From positions 1-50,313 of the forward strand of contig DASCRE010000069.1 in assembly GCA_034408645.1 (NCBI GenBank): a stretch of DNA of 50,313 nt. The letters are read 5' to 3'. The position numbers were made by a program, and so were the translations under genes. Positions 1 to 8,062 of this stretch are shown piece after piece. Under the pieces are notes generated by a model. It was given only the letters and a program-made list of their open reading frames with translations. It ran no database searches and was not told the origin of the DNA. The stretch's first letter is position 1, and each line of letters starts with the position of its first letter. Source of the stretch: Fidelibacterota bacterium. Its GTDB lineage: Bacteria > Fidelibacterota > Marinisomatia > Marinisomatales > AB-629-J13.

Positions 1-357
1 CTCCTCGCTGCTGTGATGAATGATATGGCGGTTCCAAAACACATTCACACGGTGATTCATCCGGTGGATCCAATATCCTGCAAAATCCTCTACAATAAAC
101 GCAATGATCACTGCCAGCCAAACAGGGTCCAGCTTGTACAGTGTTAACTTATCCACGAGCCAAGTGTAACTGATGAGAATAAACCCAAAACTTATTCCGT
201 CACGAAGCGCATTGGTTGCACCTGAGCTCAAGCTGGAGATCATATCTGCAGGACGGTTGACCCTAATTCGCATTCGCCCTGCCGCGACCGCTTCGATTCC
301 TATCAATATGAGAAAGATCGGTATAGCAAACATTAAAGATGTAATGTAAAAACTCAT
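1..357 (-). CDS. Fatty acid hydroxylase / sterol desaturase superfamily membrane oxygenase (AGMO-like). N-terminal 119 codons only; the gene runs off the left window edge.
   Basis: My own reverse-strand translation from the ATG at 357-355 gives MSFYITSLMFAIPIFLILIGIEAVAAGRM...EDFAGYWIHRMNHRVNVFWNRHIIHHSSEE, with no stop before position 1. It has hydrophobic N-terminal TM segments and His boxes HRMNH and HIIHHSSEE, typical of this superfamily. It is absent from the supplied ORF track because it is edge-truncated. Confidence 0.7.
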   Translation of the reverse strand, partial: MSFYITSLMFAIPIFLILIGIEAVAAGRMRIRVNRPADMISSLSSGATNALRDGISFGFILISYTWLVDKLTLYKLDPVWLAVIIAFIVEDFAGYWIHRMNHRVNVFWNRHIIHHSSEE

Positions 358-373
358 TTCTGGATGTTATCTG

Positions 374-1252
374 TTATACAGCAGGCTGGCAAAATAAATT
401 TTTCCCTTCAAATTTTTTTGTTCCATTGATATAGCTGTAGTATTTCCTGCATTCACAGGAAAGATATTCAATATCAATTGGCGTGAATTTTCGCTTGGCT
501 TCCGGCCAGTAAACAGACTGAAACTCGATCATTCTGTCTGCAACCTCTTGGTGGCTGGAGCAGTGCAGGTGTTGCTGCAATATGTTAAGGTAGGGCTCTG
601 CACCAATGCCAGTTGGAACTGGGCTATCAGGGCTAATCAAGTCTGATCTGAATAGAGCCAGATCAACCAAAGCCATAAAAATAGGAAAATCATTTGTCAT
701 ATTTAGTTGTGCATTGATCTTACGGTTGGCAATCACTACATCTCCCCCAGAATCAAGAATGCTTTTTTCGATGAAACCAATGGACCTGGGAAACATTTCT
801 ATGCACGCTTCAATCCTGTTGAAAACTCTGCCATCCCATTTGGCTGGAACAACCGGGTATACGTCTGACTGCCACGGAACTTGAACTTCCTCTGTCAGAG
901 CTTTCCTGAGTACAGAGGGTGATTTCAAAATATCAGGTTCAAGGGCATTCAACGTGGTGTCACGGTTGCACCATCGAGCAAAAAACAGTGCGTGAATCAA
1001 ATCGCTCTGTGTTTCTGTTTTGTCTGCAAAACGCAAGACCGCTTTTGTGCCTTTATCGTCTTCACGAAAAACATTTAGAAATCGGCCTTTTTGAAAAACG
1101 GGATCTGAGGTCCAGGGAAACGAATCTCCAGCTTTTCGTTTTATTCGAATACTTTCTCTTTCAATGCACCAAGTAAAAAAAGATTGTACAGGGTCGGAGA
1201 TACTCAGGCCATCCAAAGCATTTTGATATGGATGTTTGCTCTTTGTATTCAT
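374..1252 (-). CDS. Hypothetical protein. The N-terminus resembles the alpha-glutamyl/putrescinyl thymine pyrophosphorylase (aGPT-Pplase) family of DNA base hypermodification proteins. This assignment is tentative.
   Basis: The ORF is 292 aa. The N-terminal motif is FFTWCIERESIRIKRKAGDSFPWTSDPVFQKGRFLNVFREDDKGT (W-x-ERE-x-I...PWT-x-DP...F-x-NVFRE-x-D-x-T), which I recognise from that family. It lies 13 nt downstream of the preceding gene and 16 nt upstream of the next gene on the same strand. Confidence 0.4.
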   Translation of the reverse strand: MNTKSKHPYQNALDGLSISDPVQSFFTWCIERESIRIKRKAGDSFPWTSDPVFQKGRFLNVFREDDKGTKAVLRFADKTETQSDLIHALFFARWCNRDTTLNALEPDILKSPSVLRKALTEEVQVPWQSDVYPVVPAKWDGRVFNRIEACIEMFPRSIGFIEKSILDSGGDVVIANRKINAQLNMTNDFPIFMALVDLALFRSDLISPDSPVPTGIGAEPYLNILQQHLHCSSHQEVADRMIEFQSVYWPEAKRKFTPIDIEYLSCECRKYYSYINGTKKFEGKNLFCQPAV

Positions 1253-1265
1253 TTTTTATCTTTTA

Positions 1266-2972
1266 TTAAGGCAATTGCCCCACATGAAAATTAAGCTGTA
1301 ATTCCTGTCCAAAGTCTGGTTTGAATTCATGTAAAATATCACCGTTCATAGTTGTAAATTTTATTTCACCGTTTATCCCCACTTTTTCTGGAGCACTGTT
1401 TCTGTACCACCAGTGTTTGGAAATACCGTCTTCCAAATCATCTTTTAATAAAAATTGGTAGGAACCCTTTTTAAGATTAATCTGAAAATTATATTCGGTT
1501 GAATCACTAAAAATATCTTCCGTATAAAATACAGTTCCGTTTATATCTGAAAGCGTAAATGAGCTTTCTTGTGCCCGATTTATATTATTTGTTTTTATGG
1601 ATAAGGTGAATTCTTTAGGAAAAACTTTTGGCAGAAGAACAGTGGAATTCAGAAAATTATTGTAAGTATTTTCGTCTTTTTGATGATTGGGGTTCTTTGT
1701 CTCAACCACAAAAGATTGGTTTTTTCTCAAACCTCTCCAGCTTGGGACAGGGAGCACAACCTCTTCTTCCTCAAGAAATACTAAATCTCCTGACCACTGG
1801 TAAACAGATTTTCTGTTGTGTTTAAGTCCATAACGCACTTCAACAGTTTTTAAATTATATTTCCCGGAGTTTTTAATGATAATTCTCGGGTTGGACAAAG
1901 TAGGGTTCATTCGGCTGTGTTTGTTTTGACTGCTGGGTGTAATGATATCTACCAACTCAACATCATTTTTAAAGTTGGGCTTGCCATAACTGATAAGTTG
2001 GTGGGACATCCGTAGGGTACCATTTTTTTCTCCATCATCGAAATATTTTTGAATACTGTAATTTAAATTGATTGAATCCTTTGGATTAACAAATGGGGTC
2101 AGCTCAAAATTGTATTCATCAACCTTAGTACCAGGGCACCAACCCGCTCGATCAAAAGGCCAAGTCCCTCCCTGTGGGTAGATGGGGTTATTTCCACAGT
2201 CCTTCCACACGTTCCACCTAAACAGCTCCCATCCGTTCATGTACCATGTATGGGTTTTACTGTCCCATTCACAGCAGTTTCTGGGGCCCTCATGTCCGTG
2301 ACCTGAGATCACAGACTTCAATTTGTACCCCTGAGCATTTGGAATTAGGACAATCTTTTGATTTGTTAGAACGGAGTCATCAGCGAGCTCACCATATTTA
2401 AAATTTCCATATGGATAAACATTTTCCACCTTTAAAATATTTCGTGGTGGGGCCCCTTTTATAAAATGAAATTTTATATCTAACAGTTCCTGGTTGTTAC
2501 CTACAACGAGTTCACGGTTTCCTCTGAGAATAGGTGAATAGTCTGTCATATTGTAGGTCCATTCCCATCCCTCTTCTCCGCCAAGGTATAGTCGTTTTCC
2601 ATAGGGTGTGACAAAGCTGCCGATACTAAATGTCTCTGTGGTGTCTCCACGGGGAATCTTAACAAAGGTATTCCAAATATAATCCCACTCCCCGCAGGGA
2701 TACTTATCTCCCTTTGTTAATGAATCACATTTTAGGGTTTGTACCATTATAATCTTTGCCCATGGCTCACCTGTTTCTGGGAAGTGGGCAGTTGTTTTGT
2801 AGTGGGCATTCCATCCTTCAGGGCTTGGAGTTTTAAAGGTTATTGGGTTGATGGTAAGGGTATCCCCGAAATCCATGCCGGACAGTGCAATCGATTTTGA
2901 TAGAAAACAAAATATAGGGAGGAAATATATTACGTTAAGAAATAAAATACGTGAATTTCGTTTTTTTGTCAT
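1266..2972 (-). CDS. Secreted peptide-N-glycosidase F (PNGase F) C-terminal-domain-like protein
   Basis: The ORF is 568 aa. The N-terminus has a basic then hydrophobic signal-like segment (MTKKRNSRILFLNVIYFLPIFCFLSKSIALS). Cys-rich motifs ISGHGHEGPRNCCEW and WPFDRAGWCPGTKV resemble PNGase F-related proteins. Confidence 0.55.
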   Translation of the reverse strand: MTKKRNSRILFLNVIYFLPIFCFLSKSIALSGMDFGDTLTINPITFKTPSPEGWNAHYKTTAHFPETGEPWAKIIMVQTLKCDSLTKGDKYPCGEWDYIWNTFVKIPRGDTTETFSIGSFVTPYGKRLYLGGEEGWEWTYNMTDYSPILRGNRELVVGNNQELLDIKFHFIKGAPPRNILKVENVYPYGNFKYGELADDSVLTNQKIVLIPNAQGYKLKSVISGHGHEGPRNCCEWDSKTHTWYMNGWELFRWNVWKDCGNNPIYPQGGTWPFDRAGWCPGTKVDEYNFELTPFVNPKDSINLNYSIQKYFDDGEKNGTLRMSHQLISYGKPNFKNDVELVDIITPSSQNKHSRMNPTLSNPRIIIKNSGKYNLKTVEVRYGLKHNRKSVYQWSGDLVFLEEEEVVLPVPSWRGLRKNQSFVVETKNPNHQKDENTYNNFLNSTVLLPKVFPKEFTLSIKTNNINRAQESSFTLSDINGTVFYTEDIFSDSTEYNFQINLKKGSYQFLLKDDLEDGISKHWWYRNSAPEKVGINGEIKFTTMNGDILHEFKPDFGQELQLNFHVGQLP

Positions 2973-3029
2973 ATTCTGAAGTTAAAACAAATTACTTTTA
3001 CCATCAATTTTATAAACATTTGTATAATA

Positions 3030-3794
3030 ATGCTAACAGATACACATTGTCACCTTTACTATGATTCCATAAAAAAGGATATCCAGACGGTTTTATCCCG
3101 AGCTGAGGAGCAGGGGGTTAACAGATTTATTTGTGTAGGAACAAATACTACTAATTCCGCTGATTCTCTGGAGATTTCAGCTAACTTTGATAGTGTTTAT
3201 GCTTCTGCTGGGGTACATCCTCATGATGCAAAAGATGCCCCTGGTGATTATTTAAAACAGATTAGGGATCTTCTCCAGTTTGATAAAATGGTTGCTGTTG
3301 GGGAAATGGGCTTGGATTATTTCAGAAACTTTTCACCAAAAGATTTGCAAATAAAAACATTTCGTGAACAATTGGGGTTAGCTCAAGAGCTAAATAAACC
3401 CGTAATATTTCATAACCGTGATGCAGATAAAGATGTAGTTAAAGTCTTGTCTGAATTCTCTGGAATTAGGGGTGTTGCACACTGTTTTTCAAGTGATTTG
3501 GAAACGGCCAAAGTATTTTTGGACATGGGATTTTACATTTCATTTTCTGGTAATCTTACATTTAAAAACAGTCTTCTTCCTGAGGTAGCAGAGGAGATCC
3601 CTTTAAATAAAATTATGGTAGAAACCGACTCACCGTTTCTCAGCCCTGTTCCTTTTAGAGGGAAACCAAACGAACCCGGAAGAACTTTGTTTGTTGCAAA
3701 AAAACTGGCAGAGATACATGAACTTACTTTGGAAGAGATCGCAGAGAAAACATCAGAAAATGCTGCCAAGTTATTTAATCTTCCGAAATTATAA
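3030..3794 (+). CDS. tatD: TatD-family metal-dependent hydrolase / DNase
   Basis: N-terminal TDTHCHL, GEMGLDYF, VAHCFS and VETDSPFL motifs are characteristic of TatD/YcfH. Length is 254 aa. Confidence 0.9.
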   Translation: MLTDTHCHLYYDSIKKDIQTVLSRAEEQGVNRFICVGTNTTNSADSLEISANFDSVYASAGVHPHDAKDAPGDYLKQIRDLLQFDKMVAVGEMGLDYFRNFSPKDLQIKTFREQLGLAQELNKPVIFHNRDADKDVVKVLSEFSGIRGVAHCFSSDLETAKVFLDMGFYISFSGNLTFKNSLLPEVAEEIPLNKIMVETDSPFLSPVPFRGKPNEPGRTLFVAKKLAEIHELTLEEIAEKTSENAAKLFNLPKL

Positions 3795-3832
3795 TATTAA
3801 CTTGACAAGAGTAGGAATTAAAAACCATCATC

Positions 3833-4600
3833 GTGATTAAAAAATACACACATCCATTCCGAAAAAAATGGGGACAAAATTTTCTTGCCGATAAAAATCT
3901 TCTAGAGAAGATTGTTAAAATGGTAGAACCCCAAAAAGGGGACTCAATACTAGAGATTGGACCTGGAGAGGGTGCGCTAACAGAAAAAATTTTCCCTAAA
4001 GTGAAAGAAATGGCTTCTGTTGAAATTGATCCGATGCTCGTGACCAAGTTAAATAACAATTCGCTTTTGAAAAATTTAAAACTCATTCATGGTGATATTC
4101 TCCTACAGGATATTGATGACCTACCCATCTCAAATCCTGTTCGTGTGTTAGGGAACATACCTTATAATATAACCTCACCTATTGTTTTTTGGTTAATTGA
4201 GCAGTTAGACTATTGGGAGGACGCATTTATTTTGATGCAGAGAGAGGTAGCAAAACGGTTTTCTGCTCAACCTGGAAACAAGGATTACGGAAGGCTTACT
4301 GTTGTAACAGGAGCCTATTTAAACGCTGATTATTGTTTCACAATACCACCGGATGTTTTTATTCCAAAACCAAAGGTGTATTCAGCATTCATTCATTTTA
4401 CAAAGAAAGATAAACAGTTAGTTCCCGATGAAAAATATGTAAAGTTTAATAAATTGGTACGGACTGCGTTCTCCCAGCGGCGAAAAATGTTGAAGAATAC
4501 CTTGAAAAGTTTTGGTATTGACCAAGGTGATTGCCCACACATTGATTTAAACAGGAGACCGGAAACGTTAACTATTGAGGAATTTGTATCCATTATTTGA
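3833..4600 (+). CDS. rsmA: 16S rRNA (adenine1518/1519-N6)-dimethyltransferase
   Basis: KKWGQNFL, SAM motif EIGPGEGALT and GNIPYNITSPI are present. The start is GTG. Length is 255 aa. Confidence 0.9.
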   Translation: MIKKYTHPFRKKWGQNFLADKNLLEKIVKMVEPQKGDSILEIGPGEGALTEKIFPKVKEMASVEIDPMLVTKLNNNSLLKNLKLIHGDILLQDIDDLPISNPVRVLGNIPYNITSPIVFWLIEQLDYWEDAFILMQREVAKRFSAQPGNKDYGRLTVVTGAYLNADYCFTIPPDVFIPKPKVYSAFIHFTKKDKQLVPDEKYVKFNKLVRTAFSQRRKMLKNTLKSFGIDQGDCPHIDLNRRPETLTIEEFVSII

Positions 4601-4688
4601 TTTTTTTATTTATTTGAATCATTTTGCTATTTTAATGAAAATATCTTAAACTTGCCGGCTTTACTTTAAGAAGAAATAAAAGGATATT

Positions 4689-5543
4689 ATGGCAAAAGCT
4701 AACAAGGCAATAAATGAATCAAACCGAAGTTTAAGTCGTTATCTCGAGGAGATAGGAAAATTCGAACCCCTTCATCCAGATCGAGAAGTAGAACTGGCAC
4801 AAAAGATAAAGAAAAATGATCGTCGTGCTTTGAAAGAATTGGTAACGGCAAACCTTCGTTTTGTTGTTTCAGTAGCAAAAGACTACCAGGGACAAGGGTT
4901 ACCCCTAACTGATTTAATTAACGAAGGAAATTTAGGTTTAATCAAAGCAGCTGGAAGATTTGATGAAACAAGAGGGTTTAAATTTATTTCATATGCTGTT
5001 TGGTGGATCAGACAGTCCATTTTGCAGGCCTTAGCTGAGCACTCCAGAATTGTTCGTCTTCCGTTAAATCGTGTAGGGACAATCAGTAAAATAACAAAGA
5101 CAGCACAAAAAATAGAAGCAGAAATAGAACGAACACCCAATGAAGAGGAACTGGGAAGGCAATTGGAAATGACACCTGAAGAAATTTTAGATGCCATGAG
5201 AATTTCCAGGCGTCACCAATCATTGAATGCTCCATTTCGTGACGGAGAAAAAAACGCCCTTCTTGATGTCATTGAAGATGAAAATCAATTATCTCCAGAC
5301 ACCAAACTGATGGGTGAATCTTTAAAGGATGAAATCCGCCAATCGCTGACCACACTCCAAAAAAGAGAGAGGGATGTAATAAGAATGTATTTTGGGATAG
5401 ATATGGATTACGCACTCACGCTCAATGAAATAGGCGAGGAATTTAATCTTACCCGAGAGCGTGTTCGGCAAATAAAAGAAAAAGCGATTCGCAGACTCAG
5501 ACATCGATCCAGAAGTAAAATATTGAGAACATATCTTGGTTAA
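4689..5543 (+). CDS. rpoD: RNA polymerase sigma-70 family factor, short primary-like RpoD/SigA type
   Basis: Region 2 reads [18 protein letters not shown] and [13 protein letters not shown]. Region 4.2 reads [28 protein letters not shown]. Length is 284 aa, with AAGGA upstream of the ATG. Confidence 0.88.
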   Translation: MAKANKAINESNRSLSRYLEEIGKFEPLHPDREVELAQKIKKNDRRALKELVTANLRFVVSVAKDYQGQGLPLTDLINEGNLGLIKAAGRFDETRGFKFISYAVWWIRQSILQALAEHSRIVRLPLNRVGTISKITKTAQKIEAEIERTPNEEELGRQLEMTPEEILDAMRISRRHQSLNAPFRDGEKNALLDVIEDENQLSPDTKLMGESLKDEIRQSLTTLQKRERDVIRMYFGIDMDYALTLNEIGEEFNLTRERVRQIKEKAIRRLRHRSRSKILRTYLG

Positions 5544-5557
5544 AGGAGGAAAAATAA

Positions 5558-5743
5558 TTGATTGAAGTAACATTAAAAGAAGGCGAACAAATAGAACACG
5601 CTTTGAGACGGTTTAAAAAAAAGTGGGAAAGAGCGGGAGTTTTAAGGGAATTAAGAAAAAAAGCGTTTTATATTAAACCCAGCGATATCAGGCGCGTTGA
5701 GAAAGAAAAAACAATGCGTAGGGTTATAAGATTGTCTCGTTAG
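5558..5743 (+). CDS. rpsU: 30S ribosomal protein S21
   Basis: The 61-aa basic protein contains ALRRFKKKWERAGVLRELRKKAFYIKPS. It has a TTG start 8 nt after a strong AGGAGG. Confidence 0.9.
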   Translation: MIEVTLKEGEQIEHALRRFKKKWERAGVLRELRKKAFYIKPSDIRRVEKEKTMRRVIRLSR

Positions 5744-5768
5744 TTTATTGAAAAACTATTAATAAAAA

Positions 5769-5798
5769 GGCTCGGTGTCCCAACCGAGCCTTTTTAAT
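5769..5798 (+). terminator. Rho-independent terminator after rpsU
   Basis: Stem GGCTCGGT (5769-5776) pairs with ACCGAGCC (5783-5790) around a 6-nt loop, followed by TTTTT (5791-5795). Confidence 0.75.
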
Positions 5799-5806
5799 TT
5801 TTAGCC

Positions 5807-7147
5807 ATGATTATTGAAAGCATTTCAGGTGTAAGGGGAATTACACCTTCTTTTCTCACTCCAGAAACTGTCCGAAATTATGCAGCTGCTTTTCACCAAC
5901 ACTGCCCATCTGGGGTTTTGTTTATAGGGAGGGACTCTCGTTCAACAGGGGATGAGCTACAGGACATTGTTGTGGAGGAACTTTCCTTGTGTGGCAGAGA
6001 TGTATTCGTCTGTGGAATTGTACCGACTCCAACAATTCAATTCATGATAGAAAACACAGAAGCAGCAGGGGGCATTGTAATTACAGCAAGTCATAATCCA
6101 TCGGAATGGAATGGCCTTAAATTTATACGTTCTGATGGTGTATTTCTGCACCCTGATGAATGTAAATCTTTGTATAGTTCATCCAAATTAAATCCCAAAT
6201 TAAGATCAGAAACATTGGGGATGATTTTACAGGATTCTAATGCGATACAGAAACATGTTATCCATCAAACATGCTTAAGCTGTATTGATTTAAATTCCAT
6301 CCGCAATAGAAAATTCAAGGTTGTTGTGGATGCCTGCAATGGCGCTGGTTCAGAGGCACTTCCAGAAATGTTGGAAGCTTTGGGATGCGATGTAGTTACC
6401 ATTCATTGCAATCCGAAAAAAGAGTTTCCTAGAGGGACAGAGCCACTCCCCGAAAACCTTAATTTACTTTGTGAGGCCGTTAGAGAAAATGATGCAGATG
6501 TGGGTTTTGCCACAGATCCGGATGCAGATAGATTGGCAGTAGTCTCAGAAAAGGGATTTCCATTGGGCGAAGAATATACGTTGGTTCTTTCTGCTGAAGG
6601 ATTTTTAAAATCTGGGGTTGAAACAGGGGATGCGTTTGTTGTCAATTTATCTACATCAATTGCGCTGGAGAAAATGGTAAAACCATACGGAATAAAAGTT
6701 CATTATACACCTGTAGGTGAGGTGAATGTTGTTCAAAAAATGCTTAAAAGTGGGGCTCTCCTAGGTGGAGAAGGGAATGGGGGTATTATTTTGAAAGAGA
6801 GCCATTTAGGAAGAGATTCATTGACCGGGGCAACATTGGTGTTGAACAGAATGTCTCAATCCAAACATTCATTAAGTAAAATTTTTTATTCTCTCCCTCA
6901 ATTTTCGATTGTCAAAGATAAAATTAGATTCGGAGGAGGGGAAATATTATCTTTACAAAACAACTTAAAAAAGCAGTTCCATGACAGCAAAATTAATGAG
7001 TTGGATGGTATTAAATTTATATGGGATAATTCATGGATTCATTTCCGGAAATCTAACACAGAACCTATACTAAGAATTTATGCTGAAGCACAAAATGAGT
7101 CCGTTGCCAAGGAGCTTATACAAAAAGCAAAAAAGGCTATTGAATAA
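5807..7147 (+). CDS. Alpha-D-phosphohexomutase family enzyme (GlmM/ManB-like). Its context suggests a possible phosphopentomutase role.
   Basis: It has the active-site Ser loop TASHNPSEWNGLKF, metal loop FATDPDADRLAV, sugar loop GGEGNGG and phosphate loop RKSNTEP. Its stop codon abuts the deoC ATG. Confidence 0.85.
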   Translation: MIIESISGVRGITPSFLTPETVRNYAAAFHQHCPSGVLFIGRDSRSTGDELQDIVVEELSLCGRDVFVCGIVPTPTIQFMIENTEAAGGIVITASHNPSEWNGLKFIRSDGVFLHPDECKSLYSSSKLNPKLRSETLGMILQDSNAIQKHVIHQTCLSCIDLNSIRNRKFKVVVDACNGAGSEALPEMLEALGCDVVTIHCNPKKEFPRGTEPLPENLNLLCEAVRENDADVGFATDPDADRLAVVSEKGFPLGEEYTLVLSAEGFLKSGVETGDAFVVNLSTSIALEKMVKPYGIKVHYTPVGEVNVVQKMLKSGALLGGEGNGGIILKESHLGRDSLTGATLVLNRMSQSKHSLSKIFYSLPQFSIVKDKIRFGGGEILSLQNNLKKQFHDSKINELDGIKFIWDNSWIHFRKSNTEPILRIYAEAQNESVAKELIQKAKKAIE

Positions 7148-8047
7148 ATGACGATAAACACAACAGACATTATTGGTACTGTTAACCAAATTGGTGCGGA
7201 GGAAAGAGTAAAAAGACTATTCTCAAGGAGTATAAAAAAAGAATCAAAAGTGAAGGCTTTGCATCTGGTACTATCCATGTTAGATCTAACAACTCTTGAA
7301 GGAAAAGATTCTCCAGGAAAAGTTCGACAGCTATGCTATAAGGCCGCTCATCTTCATGACCGCTATCCTGATATCCCTCAAGTAGCTGCAGTTTGTGTGT
7401 ATCCTAATTTAGTTAGGGTTGCGAAGGAATCTTTATTTGGAACACCCATTAGTGTTGCATCTGTTGCTACAGGATTTCCAAGCGGAATGAGTTCAATGGA
7501 TGAAAAACTAGCTGAAGTTAGGAAAGTTGTGAAGGACGGAGCCGATGAAGTAGATATGGTTCTGTCAAGGGGAGAGTTTTTACGGGGGAATTTAGAATAT
7601 GTTTGTGAAGAGATAGCCCAAGTTAAAAATGCCTGTGAAAGTGCCCATTTAAAAGTGATTTTGGAGACAGGGGAACTGGAGACCTTGGATAACGTGAGAA
7701 AGGCGAGTCTTTTAGCGATGGAATCTGGAGCAGATTTTATCAAAACAAGCACTGGTAAAATTTCTCCAGCGGCAGTTCCTGTTGTCGTATTAACCATGCT
7801 GGAGGCTATTAGAGATTACTTTCATAAAACTGGAAGGTGCGTTGGGATGAAGCCTGCAGGAGGAATTAGCAGGGCAAAGCAAAGTATTCAATATCTGGTT
7901 ATGTTGAAAGAGACATTAGGTACTTCTTGGTTGACTTCAGACCTATTTCGTTTTGGTGCAAGTTCTCTAGCCAACGATGTCCTTATGCAAATAGTAAAAC
8001 AAAGTGATGGTGTATACCAATCGCTGGATTATTTTTCACTGGACTAA
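7148..8047 (+). CDS. deoC: Deoxyribose-phosphate aldolase, long form
   Basis: The motifs are ADEVDMVLSRG, the Schiff-base lysine context ADFIKTSTGK, and KPAGGI. Length is 299 aa. Confidence 0.9.
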   Translation: MTINTTDIIGTVNQIGAEERVKRLFSRSIKKESKVKALHLVLSMLDLTTLEGKDSPGKVRQLCYKAAHLHDRYPDIPQVAAVCVYPNLVRVAKESLFGTPISVASVATGFPSGMSSMDEKLAEVRKVVKDGADEVDMVLSRGEFLRGNLEYVCEEIAQVKNACESAHLKVILETGELETLDNVRKASLLAMESGADFIKTSTGKISPAAVPVVVLTMLEAIRDYFHKTGRCVGMKPAGGISRAKQSIQYLVMLKETLGTSWLTSDLFRFGASSLANDVLMQIVKQSDGVYQSLDYFSLD

Positions 8048-8062
8048 TTAAATGATTAATGA

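Noticed and set aside
606-1176. Plus-strand ORFs 606..884 and 919..1176 from the track
   Set aside because: They lie entirely antisense within the 292-aa minus-strand gene, have low-complexity or odd composition, and contain no recognisable motifs. I rejected most other 60-140 aa track ORFs for the same reason (for example 3533..3769, 7378..7797, 18195..18623, 29422..29832 and 43932..44270), because they are shadows of well-supported genes.
1-1252. Possible higher-GC (horizontally acquired) patch at the left edge
   Set aside because: My hand spot counts are inconsistent. G+C was 61/120 at 481-600 and 29/60 at 601-660, but 18/60 at 661-720. Core genes also vary: 27/60 at 12001-12060 and 13021-13080 in valS, versus 17/60 at 1501-1560. 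I cannot support a compositional island without a proper sliding-window or codon-usage calculation.
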